DNA of 64,000 nt, from assembly GCA_021613535.1 (NCBI GenBank), contig CP075492.1, positions 14,198,001 to 14,262,000 on the forward strand, given 5' to 3'. Below, piece by piece: positions 27,816 through 39,555 of the stretch (positions are counted from its first letter, which is position 1; each line of letters begins with the position of its first letter). Position numbers and translations under genes: made by a program. This DNA is from Adineta vaga (taxonomy: Eukaryota; Animalia; Rotifera). The notes beneath the pieces were generated by a model. It ran no database searches, was not told the origin of the DNA, and worked only from the letters and a program-made list of their open reading frames with translations.

Positions 27816-29164
27816 TTATAATGATCGTAACCATGTTTGTAAAATCATTAGAGCAATTCTTGTTGGTATTGGTAATGATTCTTCTAATAATACTAATGAA
27901 ATTCTTTCTAAAATATTCGGTATACATTGTGGTAATGTTTTCAATGCTTGAATCAATCCATCGGCAGTGAATAGATCTTTGCCAACAATAGAAGCGATCG
28001 TAATCCAATCGAATACTGGCAATTCACAAACTCCACCTTTTACGTAGCATCTGGGATGAGAATTGAATGCAATTTTTTGTAAAATAGAACAATTCTTTTC
28101 ACAGTTTTCCAAGGGAGATACGAGAGATTTTTGCAAACAATTCATCGTCTTCCCTATCCATCGTTGTCCTCGTGGACTAAATGTTTTTAAATTATGAGTA
28201 AATTTCATACAATATTTCATTCCATAACCTAATGCATATCCATTTGCACCACATGAAACTTTCTCTTCCATACAATCAGAATAAAATGCACAACTATGCA
28301 TAGGTGGATTTATACATGACTGACGACACATGGGATCAGATGGACATTTTGTACAATCTTTGTTACATTCATCACATGTTGGTTGGTTGACAATCATAGT
28401 TTCTGTTCTACTACTATCGGGTAAGAGAATAAGATCAATCGGAGATATTGAAGGTATCATCCCAACTACATCTATTTGATGCTGCTTCGTACGAACAAAA
28501 ATAGAGATTGGCAACGTTGGTACATTTTTGAAAATAACTATGCCATGATTATTCGTTGTACCAATGTGTCCTACATGAGGATTCTCTGTTAAATTCAGAT
28601 TGACTATAACATTACTAGCAACAGTTCCATTGTTGAATAATACACGAATTGGTATCATGATCAATCCAAAATATAAATGAAATGACGTAAATATTGGTAC
28701 ATTATATATATCCAAAGCATATACACTAAGAACTGTAGATGTATCGAATTTTTCTCTTACAATTATAGAATCTTTTGTATGAGATGTATTCATTATTGGC
28801 TGTCCATTAGCAAATATTGCGTAATTATTGATATTGAATATTGGAAATGACGCCATTATTCTTACATCTGTATTTCCATTGTTAAATGAAAATTCATCGA
28901 CATTGATTAGATTAACTTCTACCTTTGACAGTTTCTGGTTGGAAAGTTTTGAGGCAAATCTTTTTGCAGCGCGAGTAACTATAAAATAAAAATAAAATCA
29001 TTATGACAATAAATGATATATTGTATAAATCATACATACATTCTGATGAATCAGCTAAATAGATTGAAATGAGACTGATAGTAAGAACTATTTTAAAAAA
29101 CTTTCTAAAAACAAATAAGATATTTACGAATATTATATTCGAAATTTTACTTTTGTTGTTCCAT
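27816..29164 (-). CDS. Secreted protein with a C-terminal stanniocalcin-like Cys-rich domain, 3 exons
   Basis: Two short upstream exons give MEQQKKFFKIVLTISLISIYLADS (signal peptide) in frame. The C-terminus reads CAFYSDC..CG..GYA..YG.KYC..F..CLQ..AFNSHPRCY..C. Confidence 0.75.
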
Positions 29165-29655
29165 TAGTTTGCACCACACCCCTCAACTTTTTCGTTTGTT
29201 TCTATAAATGTAAACGAGACTATATTGTAGAATATTTCTTTATATTTTTCAATGTAAGAACAATTGTTTACGTCATCATTATGTAAAGTAGATATGATAT
29301 CATTTTTTCGAACAGAATTCGTCGACTAAACTTTAATCTATGAAAATACTTCATCATAAGTGTATATGCAATTTTTCTATCGGAGATATTTTTATACGAA
29401 TCAACAAATATGTTCCGTAATGACGCACAAAGATGAAAATATGATTAAAATCTTTTTCAAATATTATAATAATAAAATTGAACGACATTCATATGATAGA
29501 TGCCACAGTTTGATTAGCATGAAATTTTCCAAGTAATTGTTTTACAGTCAATCGTATTTCATTTGAGATGTACATACAGAGTTCAGATGATATGAAATAA
29601 ACGAAAACAATTGACTACTAATCGTTCGATCGCTGCTCGGAGATCACTTTTTTGC

Positions 29656-29743
29656 ATCCTGAGGGTGTGGGTGAAGGTGCGGATTGGGTTTGGGGTGAGG
29701 AGGACTAGCTAATCGTCTACACCCACACCCACACCCTCAAGAT
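29656..29743. repeat. Best-preserved hairpin element with 18-bp telomere-like terminal inverted repeats
   Basis: atcctgagggtgtgggtg (29656-29673) versus cacccacaccctcaagat (29726-29743), one mismatch. Confidence 0.8.
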
Positions 29744-29973
29744 CTATTTCAATCAGATCTCCTGTCTATCATTTCGGCGGTTTTATGGTACGAATTTACT
29801 GGTAGCAGAATAAACAAGATCATGATAGATTCAAATATAAATATTTATGAATAAAGATATAAAATATGAGTGATAGCACATGAATTTTACGAACGATATC
29901 AAGCAAGTGTCATTTAAACATCACACATGGCTACAACATTTTCTAATTTGTTACACTGTACTTTATTGACTTC

Positions 29974-30960
29974 TTATTCTTTTACAGTATTTAGTACTGG
30001 TGCTCGTGGTCGTTGTGTAGTTGTTTGGCCAGGTATCACTCGGGCCATTGCCATGTTCTCTACACCAATCATACGTCTACTTCGCCAGAAAAAAATAGCA
30101 CCTTTACATTTTGTTCGTAATTCAGGTAATGACATGACACTTGCAAATGGAGTAAGAAAGATAATCCAATAAAGTAAAAATAAACCATCATTAAAGTATT
30201 GGGATCCAAAATTCCATGGTAGACCAGCTGAATATGCAGCATACAAAGTCATTGGTGGAAGATCAAACACTAGATATAATACTGAGATTGGTAATAATTG
30301 ACTGACTAATTTTTTATAATTTCTTAAATCTACTCGTTGTTGAATACGATGTCGATGGTGAATGACACGCACGGGAAGAGCAAAACTGGACAGCACAGTG
30401 ATAAATGCAGGTAGTATAAAATGCACAATACTTTCCCATAAAGATGGTGAACGAGTTTGAACATAACAAGAATATCGATTACACATCCAAGCATTGTACG
30501 AAAATGGAACTGAACATGGTAGAATGAACAATACGATAGCATAAAATATGCATGGACACATCATACATATGATTAAAGGTAGATAATGAAAGAAGAGACG
30601 TTTCGATTTTGTTGCATACCAAGTTGAATGAAATATGAGAATGTGTCGTTCAATTGAACCCCATGCCATTAGTAAAAAGGACGCGATCAAAAATATTGAA
30701 CGAATATATGTCCATGTAAGACAGAATACAGGTGTCCATATGAGTACAGTTTGTGTACGATAATAATAAATTTGCCAAGTATCATCAGTGAGTTCTATGA
30801 ATAATCCACAAGATAAAAGACAAATAATAACATGATTATTGAGAGCATTTCGAAGTGTTGGATTTTTCAACAGATGATATAAAGTGAAGATGCTAACGAT
30901 AATCGATGGAATGAGAGGTACTATTAGAAGCCACGATCGAGTATTATTAGATATTGGCAT
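29974..30960 (-). CDS. Orphan rhodopsin-like 7TM receptor, intronless
   Basis: LRNALNNH, FCLTW, SIERHILIFH, seven hydrophobic segments, LPELR. Confidence 0.9.
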   Translation of the reverse strand: MPISNNTRSWLLIVPLIPSIIVSIFTLYHLLKNPTLRNALNNHVIICLLSCGLFIELTDDTWQIYYYRTQTVLIWTPVFCLTWTYIRSIFLIASFLLMAWGSIERHILIFHSTWYATKSKRLFFHYLPLIICMMCPCIFYAIVLFILPCSVPFSYNAWMCNRYSCYVQTRSPSLWESIVHFILPAFITVLSSFALPVRVIHHRHRIQQRVDLRNYKKLVSQLLPISVLYLVFDLPPMTLYAAYSAGLPWNFGSQYFNDGLFLLYWIIFLTPFASVMSLPELRTKCKGAIFFWRSRRMIGVENMAMARVIPGQTTTQRPRAPVLNTVKE

Positions 30961-32732
30961 TTGATAGTATTTGTTTTGTCAAATGTTGATGTAAAACAAC
31001 AGAGAAAATGAACGAGTATTATTAGAACTTTGTCTCTTTTATAAACAGTAGATGGTAAGTAGTTTAATGTAGAAAATGAATGTTTTTTTGAGATGATCCT
31101 TGGTGTTTTCTTTCATCGCTCATATTTTATTAATTAGAAGCGAATTGTCTTCCGCAGACATCTATCTCACTTTTCTCATGGTTTTCCTTTATAGTTTCGA
31201 AGAACAAGATTCTTCATTTATTTTTGAGTACAAAAAAATACTTTCCGGCAACTAGTTAGATTCGAAAGTGCTTATTTTCATGACATGAATATTAATGTAA
31301 TATAGTACAATAAAAGAGGACACTAGAAAGCTGAAAGGAAATGTACTTAGAAACAAAAGAAATCCATTACGAACTCGTGATGACGTCAAAGCTAGATGTA
31401 ATTTGAAAAATGATTGTCAGTTGTATTTATAATTAAACAATATAATAGAAAAAAAGGTAAGATGACGACTGACGTCCGTTAATAACACTGTTGCAACGTA
31501 ATTTTATCATTGATGAGACAATATAATTATCTGCTAAATTGTGTCAGTCGAATAAGAATGAAATAGTGTAGACTATATGTCATGAATAATTAATGTTTTT
31601 AAACTGATGATTTTGATGAAATCTCTTTTCATACTTTTACAATAAAAAAAAGAAATCTTTCATTTTCTAATACCTGATACTAATTCTTCGACAATTATTT
31701 GTTAAATGAATCATTCGTACTCTTCTTATCTTGCTTTCGTTATAAAACCATTCGGAAAATCGTACACATCATCGAAGTCAGATGACCAGTCAGAAAACAA
31801 TTCAATAAAAATGAACGAATCAATAATAGAACTTCAAATAAACATCTGACTAGATGTTATGGAGTGTTTCGGATTGGACAAAGATTGTTGCTTTAGCTAC
31901 TTGTACTTGCTTATCATCAGATCGACACCAATACTAAATAATACAATCGAAATGAATCTTTGATATTTCCGACTTTTGTACTACAGTAGTTGTACTAACA
32001 AATATGAGAAGAGGTATTTTGTAATGTTCTACGGCAAAAAAGAAGGATGTTTAAGGAAATTACTGAAATCATCAAGTATAAGCATGAATAGATAACCATA
32101 TAACGTATGAATATTTATTGAACTAACATCGATACTGTATTCAAAACACATTTAACTACTGTTTTTTTCCTCTGCGACATGTTACATTATATGATATTAT
32201 ACAGTTTTGCTTTTTCTCGCTACATCCGTATCTTCCTGACTTTCTTTGTTTGAAATTAACAAAATAGAGCTAGAGTAATAAGTATTAGTTTCCGGCTCGA
32301 CTAGAACGTGTTTACTCTATGAACAGTGCCGTTTAATTTAGATGTTATTCTATTGGATAAGTATCATTAAATGATATTCAAAGTCGTATATTATATCTTG
32401 GCGGCAAACAACACCTTCGCCGCATTAAATGCGCACAAAATAATTTTTCTCCGATGATACAGAGATAAGATGAAGTCTGATGTCTTATTTTATCGCATCA
32501 GCAACTAAACTAGATGCCGACAAAACTTGTGAAGACTACCTTTTTTTGAAGAATAAAAACAATTGTTTTCTTTCAAACATGTTACAGGAGGACGTAGGAA
32601 GAAAAGAAAGAAACGGTTGTCGAATTATGATGTAGTTTTTCGAAGAAGTCTAAGTTGGTAATTTCCAATTGTAGAGATTTTCATAGTTATATAAGCTTCA
32701 ATTAATCTCAAAACGATATATTTGTCATATAT

Positions 32733-33224
32733 ATGTCGAATCGTCAGAAGAGTGCTAAGCGTAACAAATCTACAATCGAATGTGGTTTTGGCGAAACGTG
32801 TGCTCGTCCAAATTGTACGTTCATTCATCCTGAAACTCGTAATCTTCAAGCAAATATAAAGACAATTGAGCAAAAGAAACACGAGAATATGATGCATCTT
32901 CAGACACGACAAATGGAAATGATTATGCAATTGTGCTCGAATTACAAAGCATGTTGTCGATTAGATTGTCCTTATAGACATCCTCCTCTTTGGAATCCTG
33001 TGAAAAATCAACAATTAGCTGAAGCTAAACGTCTTCAAAATGAAAAGCGCAGAGAACAAGAACAACAACATGCTTTAACGGTTTACCGTGATCAACATCA
33101 ATCGAGAAATATTTCACAATTAAATAATCGGCTTAACGATGATTATGACTATGATGAAGACTATTTTAATGTTCACGAAAAATTTTGGCAGAAACAAACT
33201 AAACGTCAGGTTGACCAATGGTAG
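32733..33224 (+). CDS. Small protein with two CCCH (Nab2-like) zinc fingers and a Gln-rich coiled coil
   Basis: CGFGETCARPNCTFIHP and CSNYKACCRLDCPYRHP. Confidence 0.8.
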   Translation: MSNRQKSAKRNKSTIECGFGETCARPNCTFIHPETRNLQANIKTIEQKKHENMMHLQTRQMEMIMQLCSNYKACCRLDCPYRHPPLWNPVKNQQLAEAKRLQNEKRREQEQQHALTVYRDQHQSRNISQLNNRLNDDYDYDEDYFNVHEKFWQKQTKRQVDQW

Positions 33225-33692
33225 AAATGACTGAAAATCTTTCATATATAATGTACAGTAATATATATATATACGTATTAAGTGAGAGTGAAGATAAAAA
33301 TAAATAAAACGATGTCGGCATGCGTAAACCTATGATGAGATTGCTCGGCCTCATAACAAAAGAGAAACAAAATATGTATTTCTTTTTTTACTGTTGATTC
33401 TCGATTTAAAAATATCAAATCAGATGATCAAAGTATTGCGGAAAAGTTATAAGAATATTGATAATGTTTATACAAAGAAAAAACGATTATCCAAATGCAT
33501 TGAGGAAGGTCATTATGATCAATTTATAAGAAATATCGACAAGCATTTCCTCCGACACATCCCGATGTAATTCAGACCGAAAAAAATATGCGAAATATCG
33601 CATCAAAATTGATTTAATTTGTTTCTTTTTTTATTCTACGAACAAAGCTACTGAATGCTTTACATAAACCAATGAATCGTTCTATTGTTTGG

Positions 33693-34345
33693 TTAAATAA
33701 CAGAATCACGGTGGGCAGGTCTATGTCTGTGAGGATTGTTCAAATGATGTACTTGAGGACCATGTCGATGGTGACTTGGTTTCATCTTATGCATGCTCTA
33801 TAAAAGAAAAGAAAAGATAAAAATCAGATTCATTTCAATATATCTACCGAAGGTGTTAATAGTCTATGGCGATGACCGATAAGGGGTGTACGGTGATGTT
33901 GTCCATCAGAATTGGATAATTTTGCGGTCAGAACAAAACTATGAACGCCCATAGCAAATGTTAAACGTTCTTTACCACTGACTAATTGTGCTTTTAGTTT
34001 GTCGAATCTATTTTTATAAGTACGACTTCGTAGTAATTGTTCAAGAGAGGATGCATCACTAAATTTTTGTACAAGTTCCAAACACTCTGTAAGACATACC
34101 TCTAAATTCATCAATGGCTGATGAAAATTTTCATCATTTAAATGGTTTGGTGGAATGGATTCTAAACAACGAATAACTTCAAAAACATGTTCATCTAATT
34201 CATTACAATTCTTTTCATTTAATTCATAAGCAACGATTGTACTATGAATTTGTCTGCCCAAAAAGAGAATGGCTGAAACTAAAGGTGGACCAACACTTAA
34301 GGCCAGGCCAACGGAGATTGGTTCGCGATCATGACGTCTTTGCAT
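33693..34345 (-). CDS. Stand-alone MLKL N-terminal (four-helix bundle/HeLo-like) domain protein with a His-rich tail, 2 exons (intron 33798-33847), 200 aa
   Basis: The pattern NEKNCNELDEHV..LEVCLTECLELVQKFS...LLRSRTYKNRFDKLKAQL is typical of MLKL_NTD. A phase-0 GT-AG intron adds SMHKMKPSHHRHGPQVHHLNNPHRHRPAHRDSVI*. Confidence 0.75.
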
Positions 34346-34900
34346 CTTTGTATAGAAAAATAACTATTAAACGATGTAAAATATAGTGAGGATAGGAAAA
34401 TAACCATAGGTAATTTATATACCAATCGTAGGTATGGTCTAATCCTTCTTTTTCCAATAAATTACACATTATCGTTAATGCGTCAGGTAATTTTCCAACT
34501 GCATTTCCTTTTCATGAGTCACATGAAATATTGTCATTCATGTCAAATCCTGATCATTTTTCAGGTGAAAAAAAATCATATCTTATATTATAAAAAAATA
34601 ATATCATTGATACAAAACGATGAGACGAAAAGAAATTATGAGTTTTATCAAACACAGAATGTCTACGATTTTATTTTTTCTGTCGGCTGTTGATGTTTTT
34701 AAATTAAATCGAACATAGAAAAGAAAGAAAAATCCATGCACATGTTGATCATTCAACAGTTTCATTTGTTTGACGAGCAAAGCAAGTAAATCAAATAATG
34801 TCAAAATTCATAAACGACTCACGTAATTCGTCTAATAATTAATTGAATGCATGATTTCTAGTATAGAGTTTGTTATTTTTCTATTTCAGCTGTATTCATT

Positions 34901-36040
34901 ATGGATTCTGGACCATTTTTGGATATAATTCCAACTCTATTAGACTTTTTAGACTTGAAAAGTCGCATACAATTAGCTCGAACATGTCGGTTTTGGAAAT
35001 ATCGAATCTATACTGATTTAAAACGATGGCCAAAAACCATTCAATTACCTTATTTGGGTTGTATGGATACTTATGTTGGCGTACACAATACTCTCGAAAA
35101 TGTTATAGATGCAAAATTATGGTCGATGATTCGACCACCTGAAGATCCGAAAGCTTTAGAACAAGTTCTACAAAAAATGGCATCATCCGAAAATAGTATC
35201 AGACGATTTGCATTGACTACCAACGTATGACTAAACGTAATTTCTCAACTTTACATATTCATTTATTGTTTTTAGGTAGATTTTAAAAATTTTCTTCATA
35301 CTGATGAATCATTACGACTAACTGCGCTTCTATTTCCATCGATTGAACAAATTAGTTTGGAAGGAAATCTCATATCCATAGTTGGTATTCGACGTATAGC
35401 CACGTCATGCAAAAAATTGAAACATATTGAATTCTATCAATGTCATACTATTGACTTGCAAAATGCTTGTCGATTATTTAATACTGAAGAATATCAACAA
35501 AATCTAGAGCGAATATTTATTTATCAAGGTTTTTGGTCTAAATATTCAGTTAAACTACCATCGAAAGTTGATTTACCATTTATGGCATTGTGTCAACGAT
35601 GTGGATTGTATTTTAATGAATCGAAAAATGACAGAGAAATGTTATGTCTTCATCATCCAGGAGTAAATTATTTCCTAGTTAGATTTAACTCGTTTCGATG
35701 AGTTTATTTTTTAGACTTACAATGGATTTGGTCATAGTTGTTCGTCATTCGATTGTTGTGGTAGTAATACACCAAGATATTCATCAACATTAGGTTGTCA
35801 ATATACTTTTCATCAGAAATGTATATCGACAGAAAAGAAACATTACTTTGAATTACATGATGGGTAAAAATATTTTATGAATTCTTTTTATTGATAGATT
35901 TTTATTTTATTATATATAGTCTTCCAGAAAATATGTTTCAAAAATATCCTGATGTGAAATTTTCATTCCGTTGTACGGAACGACGTCGATTAGATAAGTG
36001 TTATAAAAGATGGAATCAAGAACTGAAACAAGACGAATGA
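34901..36040 (+). CDS. F-box/LRR protein with a C-terminal Cys/His (BTK/CHORD-like) Zn motif, 4 exons
   Basis: LDFLDLKSRIQLARTCRFW F-box; CKKLKHI LRR; CQRC..CLHHPG|TY..FDCCG..GC..H after splicing (introns 35225-35275, 35663-35714, ~35864-35919). Confidence 0.8.
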
Positions 36041-36327
36041 AAAAGTTTTCTTTATGTAAATAATTCTGATCTATGATACTTGGTCGAATAAAGTGAGTTA
36101 AGCTTCAGAAAACTTAAAATAGGAGAAGAGACCAAGAAAAACAGACTTATTTTTTTCTCTTCGGTTAGCCTAAATCTCTGCTATAGGTTTCAAATTCGCC
36201 TGATCGAATGCAGTACGCTGTAATTTTCAATATTTCCCTCCGCTAATTGGCTTAACTCAATCAAGATTTTATTAATTAATAAAAAGTAAACGATCACTTC
36301 ACTACGCCTAATTATCGTTCGACTTGT

Positions 36328-37310
36328 TCAGAAACCACACTCACACCCGCTATCCCATGTGAAATCACTAAGTTTCAAAGGTTCGTGTATAGTACATTGA
36401 TATTCTTTCTTCCAAAAATCGCTTTGGAAACGATCAGCTGCCTCAGCAAAAAGGTCCATATCGTACCAATAACTCATACCGAAGCCAAATTCTAATTTAG
36501 CACGTTTCAAATGTGTCAATGAAGATTGGATTGATTTTTCCCATTCATCTGCATTTAACATGCTTAAATCACTAAACACATGGAGAATGAAAATTTTCAA
36601 ATACGTTGTGTGTTGAAGAAGCTTTTTTATGGATGGAAAATCTATAGGATTTTCAATATGTAATTTCTTTAGACATTTAGCTGCATGTCCTTGAAAATCT
36701 AGTTGTCCATTCGAATCTTTAATACGCATGACAGTAAGATCAGATAATTTCGGTGCATTTTGAAAGATTACGGCTAATTGCTGCATAGTTGCACAAGACA
36801 AAGTTTAACTTCGCATTTGCCATAGGCCTGTCGTTGTTTCAGTATCATTACTTAATTGGTCAATTTCTAATCGGATGAATTGCGATAGTACGATATCATT
36901 TTTCATTATTAATTCTTCATAGTCATCCAAACTACTAGTACACGTAAAATATTTGAAGTTTGGCATTAACGATAATAGTGGTATAATTTTGTACACATCT
37001 TCACATGTGAACCGTGTCAAAATCAATGATTCAAGAGATGAGAATTCATTCAGTGGAAAATATTTTAGAAAAAAGTTTGTTTGACATATTGGCAATAAAT
37101 GTAATGATCGGATTTGTTGCTTAAGCGACGGATATTTTTGTAATTGGAGACATCTTTGAAGCTTACATATAATGGAGTTGATCGAATGAGCAAAGAAAAT
37201 CGATAATTAATACAATCGAATGAATGAAATAGATCCCACGCAGTGAAATATTTGAATAATTCAAAGAAAACTTCATTTAGTAGAATTTCTAATGTGCTTA
37301 GAGACGACAT
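36328..37310 (-). pseudogene. F-box/LRR gene broken by two frameshifts
   Basis: TLEILLNEVFFELFKYF..DLFHSF (F-box), LESLIL, LNADEWE and FQSDFW across three ORFs in different frames. Confidence 0.7.
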
Positions 37311-38095
37311 GGTTCATAAATATCTATTATTAGTCAATTTCGTGGAATGAAATTGAGTAAGATCCACCAACAACTATAGATACGTTATAGAACAACTGAG
37401 AAAATGAACATAATTTGTAATGAGAGAACGTCCACTTCATATATGTTGATTTTTTTCATATATTGTCTCAACAAAAGAATCACTTTCACTGGTAGAGTTC
37501 ATCAATCTATAAAGATAAGTTAACAAAGCGTCAGTGATACAATTTGGGGAAAAAATAATGTAAACAGTGTACATTAATTATTCAGAGTTGCTAGTATGGA
37601 TATTGCAAAATTCTGTAATCAATATTATTAATGGCGTAAATACCACTGTTTATCGATTATTCAATCGATAGAAGATTGAATACAACTTCAAATTCAATAA
37701 GTTTTCTATATATAAGTAATCAGAGCAAGCATAAGTTATGTTCTGCTCTACTCTATGTCCTAAGACACGTTCTCTGATATAAATATCATCAATATTCAAT
37801 TTAGAGCGATAAGACAATTTACTCAATACTCCAGAAGACATGCACAAAATTAGCTTATACCTAAACGTCCTTATCTTTCATCTACCTTCACCCAAATTCT
37901 AATTGATATTATCCGTCATATTATAAAAATTCCTCTATCCTCATTACATGATAAACATATTTTCTGAATACTCTTTTTCTATGACATGCATCGCATCTCA
38001 CTTCACCTTTCGTCCAATTTATCTTATACAATGATTGAGCTAATACCTATGATATATATATAAATGAATATTTTTTTTTATTATAGTATAAAGCA

Positions 38096-38477
38096 CAAGG
38101 GGGAAAAGGCGAAAAGTCGGTACTCTAGTATACTCTTTGTACTCCCTCGGTATGTTATCAGTATCCTTGAGATTTTTCTTAGTGTTTTCAAGTTCATCAG
38201 TGACCAGTGTTACAGTGTACCCGCTGGAGTACAATGTAACTAACACTAGCGAGCAGAAAGCCTCAAATATTCCAAAATACTCCAGTTTCGAAGTATCGTG
38301 GAGTATTTGAACATTTCTATTCGCTAGGTTTATTTGCATTGTACTCCAGCGGGTGCACTGTAACACTGATCACCGGTGGACTTGAAAATACTGAAAAATC
38401 TCTCAAGAATACTCATAATTTATCGCGGGAGTACAAAGAGTATACTGGAGTACCGACTTTTCGCTTTTTCCCCCTTG
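38096..38477. mobile_element. hAT-type non-autonomous MITE, foldback/palindromic, 382 bp
   Basis: Ends caagggggaaaag...ctttttcccccttg; the arms stay complementary nearly to the centre; perfect 8-bp TSD ataaagca (38088-38095 and 38478-38485). Confidence 0.92.
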
Positions 38478-38671
38478 ATAAAGCATGTGTTTGTGTATAT
38501 AGTTGAAAACGGTCACTGAAACCACATCCTCAGATTGTATTCACTATCATATTCACGCTTTCTCTATTTATTCTTTTGTAGTTCTTTTTGATCTGACGAA
38601 TTCATTTCGAAAATGCCTCCTATTAGTTTTTGATCTTCCGACAAATAGATCTTCTTTTTATGGGAGTCACA

Positions 38672-39104
38672 CTAGGGGGAAAAAGTGATACTCCAATACG
38701 TCAGTACTTCAGCCTACTCCACTCGTACTCCACTAATACTCCAATAAATTTTTCTTTTCAATAAAGTATTGGTGGAGTATGGTTGGAGTAGAGTGGAGTA
38801 AGGTTGGAATGTCAATAGAGTAGACCTGGAGTAGATTGGAGTAGGATCAGAGTACGAGCGAAGTGAGGTGGAGTAACGCCGGAATAAACTGGAGTAGTGC
38901 TGGATTATGAGCTTCAGCGTATCACCACAGTACATTCTTACTCCAACGCTACTTCAGTCTACTCTAAACTACTCTAATCTACTCCAACCCCACTCTAGTC
39001 TACTCCAACTCCACTCCAATATACTCCAGTCATACTCCGACCCTACTCCAGTCTTACTCCAAAATATTTTTTTGGAGTATTGGAGTATCGCTTTTTCCCC
39101 CTCG
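38672..39104. mobile_element. hAT-type MITE, 433 bp, with internal GGAGT/ACTCC arrays
   Basis: 28-bp TIR c(t/g)agggggaaaaag(t/c)gatactccaatac; perfect 8-bp TSD gagtcaca (38664-38671 and 39105-39112). Confidence 0.92.
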
Positions 39105-39555
39105 GAGTCACACCACCACCACCACAGGCAGTATTAGCAGCTGTAAAATAATCCGTTTTTGTTAAAACATGGAAATAATAAAAGGGAGACGGTGATGAAA
39201 GTATCAGTGAAAAATATTATTTGTATGTGAGATGTTTTGCTGCGTTTGTGTACTTTGTTGTTTATTGTATTTAGTGAATTATTATTCAATATCATCCGTA
39301 TTTCGTATTGGAACATCGAGTAATTTTTTTCATCCGCTTGGGAAAAACCAACAGCAGCATTTCATATGTAACTGTAAAGATTGTAATAACATGTAACTCA
39401 AGTTGGAATTTTTCATCCTTCCAACAACAATACGTTTTGAGAGGCAATAAATAAAAGAAACCTTATCAAGTTTTTATTTTTTCCATGTTCTTTTTCGATA
39501 TAAATGATGTCTGAAATTTCTTCGTTATAGTTAAAATTGAATTTTTCTCCTCCGA

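Noticed and set aside
32400-32505. Short GC hairpin (gcggc...gccgc) and a weak palindrome as a Helitron end or ncRNA
   Set aside because: The stems are too short, and there is no properly placed CTRR terminus or second copy.
38672-39104. GGAGT/ACTCC repeats as a CRISPR array or coding ORFs (38714-38935, 38907-39137)
   Set aside because: There is no repeat-spacer periodicity, and the repeats lie inside a TIR/TSD-bounded MITE; the ORFs are low-complexity by-products.
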